From Candidatus Eremiobacteria bacterium (GTDB lineage: Bacteria > Vulcanimicrobiota > Vulcanimicrobiia > Vulcanimicrobiales > Vulcanimicrobiaceae), in assembly GCA_963758295.1 (NCBI GenBank), contig CAVWUU010000004.1, positions 384,001 through 448,000 of the forward strand: DNA of 64,000 bases, read 5' to 3'. The stretch's first letter is position 1. Each line of letters begins with the position of its first letter. This document shows, one piece after another, positions 9,736 to 19,540 of this stretch. A program made the translations under genes and the position numbers. The notes below the pieces were generated by a model. It had not been told where the DNA came from. It was given only the letters and a program-made list of their open reading frames with translations, and did not search any database.

Positions 9736-11847
9736 ATGGAAGCACGCCGCACGAGTCTAGAACGTGGGCTCACAATGGCTTTTGGCCTTGTGATCCTGGT
9801 TATCGTTCTCATGGTCCCCCTGATGCTTTTCGCGATGAACGGCATCGTCAGCCAAGCTGAGGTCCTTCACAACCAGGTCGTAAAGGGCCAGCTCGCCTAC
9901 GCAAAGGTCGCGGCCGACGCGGACAGCCTTCGCGCTGCGACGCTTGAAGCCGCTACGAGCGCCGACCCGTCGCGGTCCGCGGCCCAGCTGTCTGCCGCGA
10001 AAGACCTCGTTAAGCAGTTTCCGGATGACGCTCGTAAGATGACCGAACTGTTCTGTCCGAAGGTTGCGGTTGCCGCAGGCGCTTCGCCTGCCGCCGACGC
10101 CGACACGACGTCGAACTGCGCGGCGCGCCACGACGAGATCGGAAAGCTGGTCGATACGTTCGGCACGAGCGCCAGCGCATTCGATTTCCAAGCGCTCTCA
10201 GGGGTCAGCTTACTTCAGCAAGGCCGCCGCGCAGATGCCCTCAAGCAAATCAACGGCCCGTCTTCCGACGCTTACGAAAAGCAAAACCAAGACGGCGAAT
10301 CGATGCTGGGCGCGCTGAACCGTCTCTCCGACGACCGCTACGGCAAGCTTATTCAAGCGCGTAATCTTGGCTTCATTATCCTTCTAGTGGGCCTTGCGGT
10401 CGCCGTCGTGCTGGTGTTCACGCTCGGCCAGTGGCTGCGCCGGATCGTGCTGCGCAGCATCGGCCGCTGCGTCGAAATCTTCGAAGCGATGGGGACGGGC
10501 GATCTTTCGCAACGCGTCAACTGGCACGGCAGCGATCTCCTCGGCCGCCTCGGTCAAGCTATCGACGACTTCGCCAACCGCCTGAGCACCATGATCGTAC
10601 AGATTCAGCGCGCTTCCATCACGGTGCAAAACGCGTCGCAGCAGAGCAACGCGATCGTCGCGCAGGTCGACTCGCGCGTTAAGGAAGAACTTGCAGCGCT
10701 CTCGCAGGCGCTTTCGTACTCGGGCGATCTATTTTCGGCTTCGGGCACGGTTGCCGACAACGCCGAAGCGGTGGCACGCCGTGTTTCCGACATCTCCAGC
10801 TCGGTCGCCGAAATGACCGCATCGATTCAAGAGATGGATCAGAACCTGCTCAATCTCGCTACCGTCGTCGAACAGGCCGTTGCGAACACCCAAGAAATGT
10901 CGGCCTCGATCGTGCAAGTCGCCGGCAACGCCGACCGCGTACGTTCCGAGTCGAACGTTACGGATCAAAAAGTCCGCGAAGGCCGCAACGAAGTGCTCGC
11001 GCTCTCGAAGGGCATGGGCTCCATCAGCGACACCGTCGCCGACGTCGTTACCGAGATGCAAAATCTCGACGGGGCCTCCCGCCAGATCGGCGAGATCCTC
11101 GGGCTCATCGAGGAGATTGCCGACCAAACGAACCTCTTGGCACTCAACGCCGCCATCGAAGCGGCCCGCGCCGGCGAACACGGCCGCGGCTTCGCGGTGG
11201 TTGCGGACGAAGTGCGGAAGCTCGCTGAAAACTCAGCCAGCTCAACCAAGCAAATCGGCCAGCTCGTCGCCGACATCCAGCGTCGCACTTCCGCCGTTCT
11301 AGATAGAACCGCGCGGGCGAATTCGCTGGTTCAGAGCAACGCAGAGTCGGCCCGCAACGTTACCCAGATGATTGAGACGATCAGCAACCGCGTTACGGAA
11401 GTCGCTCAACTCGTCAGCGAAATCAGCATCGCCACGACCGAGCAAGCTCGTTCTTCCGAAGAGCTTGCGAAGGCCAGCGAGCAGATGGGAGCCATGACGC
11501 ACGAGGCGGCTGCCACGATGCGCGAGCAGGCGATCACGTCGAACCAGATTCTCGAAAGCGTTTCGGAAATCGAAGATCGCACGGCACAAGTAGCCCGGGC
11601 CTCGACGGAACAACAATCGGCGATCGAAGGGCTCGGGGAGCGAATCCAACAATCCTCGAACCTCGGTTCGCGGAATTCCGAAGCAGTCGCGGGCATGGCT
11701 GCCAGTGCCGACCAGGTGCACTCGCAAGCAAGCAGCTTACGAGACCTCGTCGGCCAGTTTCAAACCGGGCGGACGTCATTCGAAAATTCCGGATCGGCGG
11801 CCCAGCAGGCCCTAGACGATCCGGGCGCCCTTGCGCTATCGTCTTAA
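9736..11847 (+). CDS. Methyl-accepting chemotaxis protein
   Basis: TM-periplasmic domain-TM-HAMP; hairpin tip [38 protein letters not shown]. Confidence 0.95.
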   Translation: MEARRTSLERGLTMAFGLVILVIVLMVPLMLFAMNGIVSQAEVLHNQVVKGQLAYAKVAADADSLRAATLEAATSADPSRSAAQLSAAKDLVKQFPDDARKMTELFCPKVAVAAGASPAADADTTSNCAARHDEIGKLVDTFGTSASAFDFQALSGVSLLQQGRRADALKQINGPSSDAYEKQNQDGESMLGALNRLSDDRYGKLIQARNLGFIILLVGLAVAVVLVFTLGQWLRRIVLRSIGRCVEIFEAMGTGDLSQRVNWHGSDLLGRLGQAIDDFANRLSTMIVQIQRASITVQNASQQSNAIVAQVDSRVKEELAALSQALSYSGDLFSASGTVADNAEAVARRVSDISSSVAEMTASIQEMDQNLLNLATVVEQAVANTQEMSASIVQVAGNADRVRSESNVTDQKVREGRNEVLALSKGMGSISDTVADVVTEMQNLDGASRQIGEILGLIEEIADQTNLLALNAAIEAARAGEHGRGFAVVADEVRKLAENSASSTKQIGQLVADIQRRTSAVLDRTARANSLVQSNAESARNVTQMIETISNRVTEVAQLVSEISIATTEQARSSEELAKASEQMGAMTHEAAATMREQAITSNQILESVSEIEDRTAQVARASTEQQSAIEGLGERIQQSSNLGSRNSEAVAGMAASADQVHSQASSLRDLVGQFQTGRTSFENSGSAAQQALDDPGALALSS

Positions 11848-11892
11848 ATCAAATATAAATCAAAATTAATCAGCGTTCTTCTTGGAGTAGCC

Positions 11893-12186
11893 GTGCAAAA
11901 GACACTTGGAATTTTAGCCCTCGCGGCGGTGCTCGCAGCGCCGGTCGTAGCTCTCGCCGCGAACAACGTGGATGCGAGCCTCATTCCCGACGGGACCTAC
12001 ACCGTCAAAGTAGAGAAAATCGTCGATTCCAAACACGTTCAAGTAACGATGGACAATGGAACCGAAACGACGCTGCCGGGTGGACGCGATTCCGTTGACT
12101 TTACGAAAGTAAAAGTCGGCGATCAGCTGAAACTTTCGCTGATCAAAGGCTCGGTTATGGTCTACCTAGACCTCTCGAACCACTAA
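11893..12186 (+). CDS. Small secreted hypothetical protein (beta-rich, possibly OB-fold-like)
   Basis: GGAG RBS, GTG start, signal peptide, terminator downstream. Confidence 0.7.
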   Translation: MQKTLGILALAAVLAAPVVALAANNVDASLIPDGTYTVKVEKIVDSKHVQVTMDNGTETTLPGGRDSVDFTKVKVGDQLKLSLIKGSVMVYLDLSNH

Positions 12187-12211
12187 GCAAAAGAACGAAC
12201 GATCGTTTCGT

Positions 12212-12241
12212 AAAAGAGAGCGGCGAACGCCGCTCTCTTTT
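12212..12241. terminator. Bidirectional intrinsic terminator
   Basis: AAAAGAGAGCGGCG-AA-CGCCGCTCTCTTTT between convergent genes. Confidence 0.85.
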
Positions 12242-12999
12242 TATTTCTGATACACGACGATCGGGGTGTTGATCGCTCGCAGATCCAGAGCGCTGACGGG
12301 TCGGCCCGCGCGCTGCAATTTAGCGAGGATCGGGTTGACGAGCGGAATCTTCTTCGCTAAATCTTCGTCGTCTCCGAAGAGCAACCGAATCCCGTCGTGC
12401 AGTGTCGCGACGAGTTCCCCATACTTGTCGAATGCCACGGCTGCAGGGACGATGTGCGCAGCGACAAGTGTTTCATCGTCGTCGCGCAATGATTTCAGAG
12501 CAGCGGTTGCGATGAAATGACCCGGCTCGAGCGGTTCTGCGACGGTTGCCGTAAGTGTTGGCAGAGAGGGCATTGCTTCGTCGGCGCTTTCCAGCACGCG
12601 AAGGTCGCGGTCGACGACGACTCGAGAGCCGTCGGAATTCACAACGGCAAAAGGCCGGCGTTCGGTTACATCGATAAAGACCGTTCCCGGTGGACGGCGG
12701 TGAACGGCCGCCGTGGCAACGTAGGGAATCTGTTCGATCCGTGCCGCGATTGCATGGGTGTTTTGCAGCCAGATATTTTCGTCGGGCGATACGGCCGCTT
12801 TCGCCATGATTTGTGATGACGGCACCACACGGTTTCCATAAACGGAGACGCCGTGCGGGCGCAAAGCGGGCCAGGTAGCAAAGAAATAGCCTGCTACGCT
12901 TGCAACGATCAACAGGATAACGATCAATATCCAGAACGGGCGAAGCTTCGCCGCGGCTGACGCCTTGCGTCGGCGCTTGGGCTTCGGACGAGTGCTCAC
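12241..12999 (-). CDS. ftsQ: Cell division protein FtsQ/DivIB (POTRA domain)
   Basis: Basic N-tail, one TM helix, POTRA (VYGNRVV...IEQIPYVATAAVHRRPPGTVFIDVTER), C-terminal LDLR; GTG start overlapping the HAD stop. Confidence 0.8.
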   Translation of the reverse strand: MSTRPKPKRRRKASAAAKLRPFWILIVILLIVASVAGYFFATWPALRPHGVSVYGNRVVPSSQIMAKAAVSPDENIWLQNTHAIAARIEQIPYVATAAVHRRPPGTVFIDVTERRPFAVVNSDGSRVVVDRDLRVLESADEAMPSLPTLTATVAEPLEPGHFIATAALKSLRDDDETLVAAHIVPAAVAFDKYGELVATLHDGIRLLFGDDEDLAKKIPLVNPILAKLQRAGRPVSALDLRAINTPIVVYQK

Positions 13000-13799
13000 G
13001 CTAATACGTACCGTTCGATCGCTTCCGCAACCCCGTCGCCGGCCACGTCTGAAACGATGGCTTTTGCTACGCTGCGCAATTCGTCGGGGGCGTTGCCCAT
13101 CGCTACGCCAAAGCCGGCAGCACGCAATAACGGCGCGTCGTTCCAAGAGTCGCCAATCGCCGCTACCTCCGCGGTGTCGATTCCGAGGTGATCCGCGATG
13201 AACCGTAACGCATCACCTTTATCTACCGCCGGATTCACGATTTCGACGAATTCCGGATAACTACGCGTCACGTAAGCGTCCTTGCCGAACGTCGTCTGCA
13301 TCCGTTTGACGTAAGCGCTGGCCTCCGGCGGGTCGGTAATGATCACGGCCTTCGTGGCGGGACTGAAAGCAAAACTCTCGCGCAGCGACGGCACGATCAC
13401 GGGCTGAACGCTCGAAAGCCGTGCATACAAGTCGGAAAACCGGTTGCGCTGCTCGCAGTAGTATTCGTCGTTCCGGTATAGCTGCAAGTGCATGCGATCG
13501 CTTTCGACGACATCGATGATGCGCCGGACCGTATGTACGGGAAGCGGCGTATCGCGGAGAATTTTGTCCGTCTGGGGGTCGATCACCGCCGCGCCCTGGT
13601 AACAAACGATCGGCGCCGTTAGACCGAGCTCGCGAGCGAACGGAATCGCCGCGCGATACATTCGTCCGGTAACGATGCAGCCGTTGATCCCGGCCTCGAG
13701 CATTTTTGCAATCGACTCTTTGACGCGGGGCGTAACCGTGAGGTCCCGCCCCACGAGTGTGCCGTCCAAATCGAAGGCAACGAGCTTCAATCGTTTCAC
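12996..13799 (-). CDS. Cof-type HAD-IIB hydrolase
   Basis: AFDLDGTL, VTGR, DKG, IGDSWNDAPLL motifs; GTG start overlapping the hisD-like stop. Confidence 0.92.
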   Translation of the reverse strand: MKRLKLVAFDLDGTLVGRDLTVTPRVKESIAKMLEAGINGCIVTGRMYRAAIPFARELGLTAPIVCYQGAAVIDPQTDKILRDTPLPVHTVRRIIDVVESDRMHLQLYRNDEYYCEQRNRFSDLYARLSSVQPVIVPSLRESFAFSPATKAVIITDPPEASAYVKRMQTTFGKDAYVTRSYPEFVEIVNPAVDKGDALRFIADHLGIDTAEVAAIGDSWNDAPLLRAAGFGVAMGNAPDELRSVAKAIVSDVAGDGVAEAIERYVLA

Positions 13800-15082
13800 A
13801 GACCGCTGCGCATGCGGGCGGTTTGAGCGTGCTGCGGATGCCCTTCGAAGTCGGCGAGTGCGGCGAGCGGCTGAGCGTCGTGCAGCATGCGTTCGCGCGA
13901 GTTTTCGACAACGCTGATGGTCCGCAAGTAGGCGCCCAAGGACAGAGCCGAGGAGAACCTGGCTGCGCCCGAGACCGGCAGCACGTGATTCGTTCCGGCA
14001 AGATAATCGCCGCACGCGGCCGGCGTCATGTCTCCGACGAACACGCATCCCGCCCGGCGTATCCGCGCAAGATACGGCTCTGCGTCCCGCACCATGAGCG
14101 AAAGCGAGCCCGGCGCAAAAGCTTCGACGACGTCGATGACTTCGTCGCGACTTTGCGCGTGCACGAGATAGCAGGATCGCGCCATCACTTCACTCATGAT
14201 TTCGCCGCGCGGTAAGGTCTTTACATCGAGCGTGTCAAGCAACTGCGCTACCGCGTCGAGAAGCGGCCGCGACTCGGAAACGACGGCGACGCGCGCGAGT
14301 TCATCCTGCTCCGCTTGCGCGAGCAGTTCGCCGGCGATGTATTCGCTGTTCGCGCCGTCGTCGGCAACGACCAGGATTTCGGACGGCCCCGCTAAGCCGT
14401 CGATCGCGCAAACGCCGAAGACTTGGCGTTTCGCCTCGGTGACCCAAGCGTTGCCGGGCCCAACGATCTTGTCGACCGGCGCGATGCTTTGCGTCCCGTA
14501 AGCCGCCGCCGCAATGGCTTGCGCGCCGCCAACGGCGTAGAGCTCGTCGACTTCACAAAGGCTGCATGCAAAGAGCACCGCCGGATGCACGCGTCCGCTA
14601 GCTTGTGGCGGCGTAAGAACCACCGTGCGGTTCACGCCCGCGATCTTCGCCGGAACGATGCTCATGATAACGGATGCCGTCAATGTCCCGCCGCCTGCGG
14701 GAACGTAGGCGGCGATCGAGTCGAGCGCCCGGTAATGAAATCCGTAGCGGGTTCCGTCTTCGTCGACGTAGTTGAGATCGGCGTGGCGTTGCCTTTCGTG
14801 AAAGCGCGCCACCCGCTCTTTGGCAAGCCGCAATGCGTCGGCAATCTCCGGCGGGACGAGATTCTTCGCGCCTTCCTGCATCGGTATGGGCACTCGAAGG
14901 CGTGAAGAATCGAACGACGGATCATCCAAACGGCGCGTGTGCTCGACCAATGCTGCGTCGCCACGCGTACGCACGTCTTGCAGAATCGCCGAAACGCCCT
15001 GCGTCAATTCGGCGGACGCGTTCCATCCGCCGCGATACAGCGCGGCTAGCCGCAGCCGGTCGGCCGCGTCGATCACGTTCAT
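13796..15082 (-). CDS. hisD: Histidinol dehydrogenase homologue with substituted catalytic residues
   Basis: VGGAQAIAAAAYG, VDKIVGPGN, AGPSE, GDYLAGTNHVLP are present; QAEH reads QAEQ and APEH reads APGS. Confidence 0.85.
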   Translation of the reverse strand: MNVIDAADRLRLAALYRGGWNASAELTQGVSAILQDVRTRGDAALVEHTRRLDDPSFDSSRLRVPIPMQEGAKNLVPPEIADALRLAKERVARFHERQRHADLNYVDEDGTRYGFHYRALDSIAAYVPAGGGTLTASVIMSIVPAKIAGVNRTVVLTPPQASGRVHPAVLFACSLCEVDELYAVGGAQAIAAAAYGTQSIAPVDKIVGPGNAWVTEAKRQVFGVCAIDGLAGPSEILVVADDGANSEYIAGELLAQAEQDELARVAVVSESRPLLDAVAQLLDTLDVKTLPRGEIMSEVMARSCYLVHAQSRDEVIDVVEAFAPGSLSLMVRDAEPYLARIRRAGCVFVGDMTPAACGDYLAGTNHVLPVSGAARFSSALSLGAYLRTISVVENSRERMLHDAQPLAALADFEGHPQHAQTARMRSGL

Positions 15083-18000
15083 ACGAGGTCCGGCGCTCCT
15101 TCGCGCACGTTTCCCCGGCCGAATATCCGTTCCAATTCGCCTCGTAAACGCACGTCCGAAGAGGTCGTTCGATTCAAGAGTTGCGAACGCCCGCGCGCGT
15201 GCATCACAAGCGGGACGTCTCCCGGCCACTCATCGACGAGCGCAGCGAGCCGGTCTATTTGATCGCGTGACGTTGCGTCGACGTGCCAGCCGCGGGCCGG
15301 CGGCGCCTCATATCCCCGCGCCGGCGGCTCGAATACCGTTACTTCATTTGCACTCACCGAAAGCTCGATCGGCGGTTCTTCGCCAGGCGTGGCACCCGGC
15401 CGCTCGCGCAACCGAAGGCGGCCCTTCACGACTACGATTTGGTCGGCGTTAAAGAAATGTTGCACCGACGGATAGATCTTCGAAAAGACCACCACGTCGC
15501 AGCTGCCGCTCGTGTCTTCAACCTGCGCGATGAGAATTTGCTGGCCGGTCTTGGTGAGGGTTCGCCGCACGGTCGTCACCATGCCGGCGATCGTGACGAA
15601 CGCGTCGTCCTCTACGTTCCGCAGATCCTTGATAAGCGTTGCGCCTTGACGCACGAGCATTTCTTGAACTTCAGAAAGCGGGTGACCCGAAACGAAAATG
15701 CCAAGCGTCTCTTTTTCCCACGCCAGTTGTTCGCGGTTGGTCGGGGCCGGTAATACGGGAAGCACAGGCGCAAGTGACGGCGCATGCTCGCCGACATCCC
15801 CAAAGAGCGAGACCTGTCCAAGCTCCGCCTCGCGAGCCTTATGCGCGGCGAGATCCAGCGCGGTGTCCAGCGCCGCCAATTTCTGGGCGCGATTTCCCGG
15901 AAGCTGATCGAGGGCGCCGCACTTGATCAAGGCTTCGAAGACGCGGCGATTGACTTGTTTCGTATCGACGCGATTCGCGAGATCGAAGAAATCGTTGAAC
16001 GGCCCTTCCGCAGCCCGGGCATTAATGATGTTCTGCACCGCGCCTTCGCCGACGCCTTTGACGGCTGCGAGTCCGAACCGGATATGTTCTCCGACGACGG
16101 CGAAATCGACGAGCGACTCGTTCACGTCCGGCGGAAGCACTTCAATCCCGATCTTCTTCGCTTCGTCGATATACTCGACGAGCTTGTCGGTCTTGTCTTT
16201 CACCGAAGACATCAGGGCGCTTAGATATTGAAGCGGGTGATTCGCTTTTAAATACGCCGTCTGGTACGAGATCCACCCATATGCAGCCGCGTGCGACTTA
16301 TTGAAACCATAACCGGCGAACGGTTCGATAAACGCGAAGATCTGCTCGCCGAGCTCTCGCGTAACTCCTGAAACGTCCATTGCTTGCGTAACGAACTTCT
16401 CGCGATAGACGGGAATCTTGTCTTTCTGCTTCTTTCCCATTACCTTGCGAAGCTCGTCCGCTTGCCCCATCGTGAAGCCGGCGACATCGCGTGCCATCTG
16501 CATGACCTGCTCTTGATAGCAGTTGTGGGTTGCTATGCCATTCGCGATGAAGTACGGCGACGACTGATCTTCCATCTGAAGATCGAAACACTCATATTCA
16601 CCAACGTCTTCAATCGAATCGATGTAGACCGGGCGCGTATCGCGATACGGCTGCTCGTAGGCGCGTTCGTAAGAATCCCGAAGTCCAACGATGTCCGAGC
16701 CCCGTTCCGCATAAACGTTCGCCTCGGTCATCGTGCCGCCGGTTACACGCGAGAAGATTTTTGCCGAGCCGAGATGCTCGCTGCCGCGCTTATCAGGCAT
16801 CCTCGTTCCATCGACGACCCGCATAAAACGGCCAACGTCTTGCACATGGACCGCGCTTTCGCTGACGTAATATGCGATTTTCAGCGTCGATAGAAGGCCG
16901 CCCACTTGAGCGAGGAGCTGTTTCGATGTCGAACGGAAATACGGGGACGATGATCGATCGCTCCCGTCGCTATCCCAAAGCCCGCGCAAGAGCGCTATGC
17001 GATCTTGTTCGGGCCAGTGAACTGCGCTATCGGTTAGCCGCTTGTTTTCGGAGTTTTGCTTCCACGAGCCCTCGCGGGCCAACACGCCCAAAAGATACGC
17101 GCGATCGCTGCCGACCACGAGCTTGGGATCGTTGTTGGAGCGCACCCAGGCTTCGTAAAGAATCGAATCTGTTTGACTGTCATGATAGCGCGTCCGGTTT
17201 CCGTGACCGTTCGTCCTTAGGTCGCGCGCCATCAAGTCGCCGCCCGGCGTTGGAAAACGATGGTCTTCCGAACATTCGACGGTGGTTCCGGTTGAAAGCT
17301 TTATTCTCAGCACGCGTTTCTTGCCGCTGGGCCAAATCTTCTCGACCTTCGCCGGCTTGGTGCTGCCGGTTGCCGTATCGAACGTTACAACCTCATCCCC
17401 CGCTGCGACATCGCAGATCTGCTTCGCCCCGCCGTCCGCGGTCCAAACCGGCACGTCGTACTTCAGGCAAGCCACTCCGTACGTTTCTGCGAGGATAGGC
17501 TCCAGCTTCGGATGCAAGTACGTCGGCTTGGAGCGTCCATGCTTGTTGCTGATGTACTGCGGGATCCAATCCATTGGGCCGGGGCGATAAAGGGCGACGA
17601 GCGCGATGATATCTTCAAAACGCGACGGCTTCAGCTCTATGCAAACGCGTTTCATGCCGTCCGATTCGAGCTGGAATACGCCCATCGTTTCGCCGCGCCC
17701 CAGCATCTCGAAGGTGCGTTGATCGGTATCCGAGATTTTCGCCAAATCGAAATTTGAATCGACGGTGCGGCGGATTTCGGTGACCGCACTATTCATGACG
17801 GTGAGGTTGCGAAGGCCCAAGAAATCCATCTTGAGCAAACCAATTTTTTCAACCCACACCATGTCGAACTGCGTATTGACCCCGCCATCGCCGAACTTGA
17901 CGAGGGGTGCGTAATCGATCAGCGGCCCCGCCGAGATGACGACGCCCGCGGCATGGGTGCCCGCGTTGCGCGCCAAGCCTTCGATATCTTTGGCGGTGTC

Positions 18001-19491
18001 CAACAGCTTGCGAATTTGCGGATTGCCGGCGTAGGCAAGCTTCAAATCAACGATCTGTTCCAGCGCCGCGCCGATCGAGAGCCCTCCGGGGCCCGACGGG
18101 ATCATCTTTGCGACCTTGTCGACTTCGGGTAGCGGAACGCCAAGTGCGCGGCCCGCATCGCGAACGGCGGCACGCGCGGCCATCGTACCGAACGTAACGA
18201 TTTGCGCCACGCGTTCTTTGCCGTACTTCTCGGTGACGTACGCAATGACTTCGTCGCGCCGCTCCACGCAGAAGTCCGTATCGATATCGGGCATCGAAAT
18301 ACGATCCGGGTTCAGGAATCGCTCGAAGAACAAGCTGAATTTGAGCGGATCTAGATCGGTGATTTTCAGACAGTAGGCGATCACCGAGCCGACCGCCGAG
18401 CCGCGTCCCGGTCCCACCGGAATATCGTGATCGCGAGCGTACTTGATGAAGTCCCAAACGATCAGGAAGTACGATGCAAAACCCATCTTGTTGATGATGC
18501 CGAGTTCGTATTCGAAGCGCTCGCGCAAGGCCGTATCCGACGTTGCGCGTTCATCACCGTACCGCTCGATCAAACCGGCTTCGCAAATTTCGCGAAGATA
18601 GTCTTCTGCCGAGCGTTCCTCTTCGGGCGCGGGTGCCGGTACCGGATATTGCGGCAGATGGAAGATCTTCTCCGGAATTTTGATGTCTATCCGGTCGGCG
18701 ATCTTTACGGTGTTCTCGCAAGCTTCGGGCAGATCGCTCCACAGCTCGCGCATCTCTTCCGCGGATTTAACGTAGAACTGGTCGGAGTAGAACTTCATGC
18801 GGCTCGTGTCGGCGACGGTTTTGCCGGTGCCGATGCAGAGCAGCACGTCGTGCGCGGGCGCGTCGCGTTGTTCAAGGTAATGCGAGTCGTTTGTCGCGAC
18901 AATCGGTACGTTGAGCTGCCGCGCGACCTTCACCAGCCCCGTGTTGATGACGTCTTCCTCGGGCATGCCGTGACGCATCACCTCGATGTAGAAGCGGTCG
19001 CCGAAGATCTCTACGAAGGTTTTCGCATTCTTTACAGAGGTATCGTAGTCGTTTTTGAGCAGCGGGGCGGCAACGAGTCCCGACATGCACCCGGACAAAA
19101 CGATGAGGCCATCGTTGTGCTCCGCAAGCAAATCCAAATCGATCCGCGGCTTGTAGTAGTAGCCTTCGAGAAAGCCTTTGGAGATGAGCGCGGTTAAGTT
19201 TCTGTAACCAACCAGATCGGCGGCCAGCAGCGTAACGTGCGCTTCATCGCGCACCGTCCGATCGAAACGGCCGCGCGGCGCGATGTAGGCTTCGCATCCG
19301 ATGATCGGGGTTAGCTTCGTGTCCCGTGCGGCATAATAGAACTCCATGGCGCCATACATGACGCCGTGGTCAGTCAGCGCAACTGCCGGAGAGCCGTCTT
19401 CGGCGGCTCGATGACAAAGCCGGTCCACGCGGCAAGCCCCGTCCAACAGGGAGTATTCGGAGTGAACGTGGAGATGAACGAACTGACTCAA
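15079..19491 (-). CDS. dnaE: DNA polymerase III alpha subunit, intein-containing
   Basis: PHP HLHVHSEYSLLDG; GPGRGSAVGS; MPDIDTDF; GLLKMDFLGL; GFNKSH; C-terminal OB fold. Confidence 0.98.
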   Translation of the reverse strand: MSQFVHLHVHSEYSLLDGACRVDRLCHRAAEDGSPAVALTDHGVMYGAMEFYYAARDTKLTPIIGCEAYIAPRGRFDRTVRDEAHVTLLAADLVGYRNLTALISKGFLEGYYYKPRIDLDLLAEHNDGLIVLSGCMSGLVAAPLLKNDYDTSVKNAKTFVEIFGDRFYIEVMRHGMPEEDVINTGLVKVARQLNVPIVATNDSHYLEQRDAPAHDVLLCIGTGKTVADTSRMKFYSDQFYVKSAEEMRELWSDLPEACENTVKIADRIDIKIPEKIFHLPQYPVPAPAPEEERSAEDYLREICEAGLIERYGDERATSDTALRERFEYELGIINKMGFASYFLIVWDFIKYARDHDIPVGPGRGSAVGSVIAYCLKITDLDPLKFSLFFERFLNPDRISMPDIDTDFCVERRDEVIAYVTEKYGKERVAQIVTFGTMAARAAVRDAGRALGVPLPEVDKVAKMIPSGPGGLSIGAALEQIVDLKLAYAGNPQIRKLLDTAKDIEGLARNAGTHAAGVVISAGPLIDYAPLVKFGDGGVNTQFDMVWVEKIGLLKMDFLGLRNLTVMNSAVTEIRRTVDSNFDLAKISDTDQRTFEMLGRGETMGVFQLESDGMKRVCIELKPSRFEDIIALVALYRPGPMDWIPQYISNKHGRSKPTYLHPKLEPILAETYGVACLKYDVPVWTADGGAKQICDVAAGDEVVTFDTATGSTKPAKVEKIWPSGKKRVLRIKLSTGTTVECSEDHRFPTPGGDLMARDLRTNGHGNRTRYHDSQTDSILYEAWVRSNNDPKLVVGSDRAYLLGVLAREGSWKQNSENKRLTDSAVHWPEQDRIALLRGLWDSDGSDRSSSPYFRSTSKQLLAQVGGLLSTLKIAYYVSESAVHVQDVGRFMRVVDGTRMPDKRGSEHLGSAKIFSRVTGGTMTEANVYAERGSDIVGLRDSYERAYEQPYRDTRPVYIDSIEDVGEYECFDLQMEDQSSPYFIANGIATHNCYQEQVMQMARDVAGFTMGQADELRKVMGKKQKDKIPVYREKFVTQAMDVSGVTRELGEQIFAFIEPFAGYGFNKSHAAAYGWISYQTAYLKANHPLQYLSALMSSVKDKTDKLVEYIDEAKKIGIEVLPPDVNESLVDFAVVGEHIRFGLAAVKGVGEGAVQNIINARAAEGPFNDFFDLANRVDTKQVNRRVFEALIKCGALDQLPGNRAQKLAALDTALDLAAHKAREAELGQVSLFGDVGEHAPSLAPVLPVLPAPTNREQLAWEKETLGIFVSGHPLSEVQEMLVRQGATLIKDLRNVEDDAFVTIAGMVTTVRRTLTKTGQQILIAQVEDTSGSCDVVVFSKIYPSVQHFFNADQIVVVKGRLRLRERPGATPGEEPPIELSVSANEVTVFEPPARGYEAPPARGWHVDATSRDQIDRLAALVDEWPGDVPLVMHARGRSQLLNRTTSSDVRLRGELERIFGRGNVREGAPDLV
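16522..17469 (-). mobile_element. Intein (316 aa) with degenerate LAGLIDADG endonuclease remnant
   Basis: Interrupts ETYGVA|CYQEQ; starts CLKYDVPV, block B CSEDHRF, ends YFIANGIATHN followed by +1 Cys; YLLGVLAREG and LLRGLWDSDG motifs. Confidence 0.93.
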
Positions 19492-19540
19492 GTTTATGCC
19501 GACCTAAAGAAATTACAGCAGCTAGACGTTACCTTAATCG

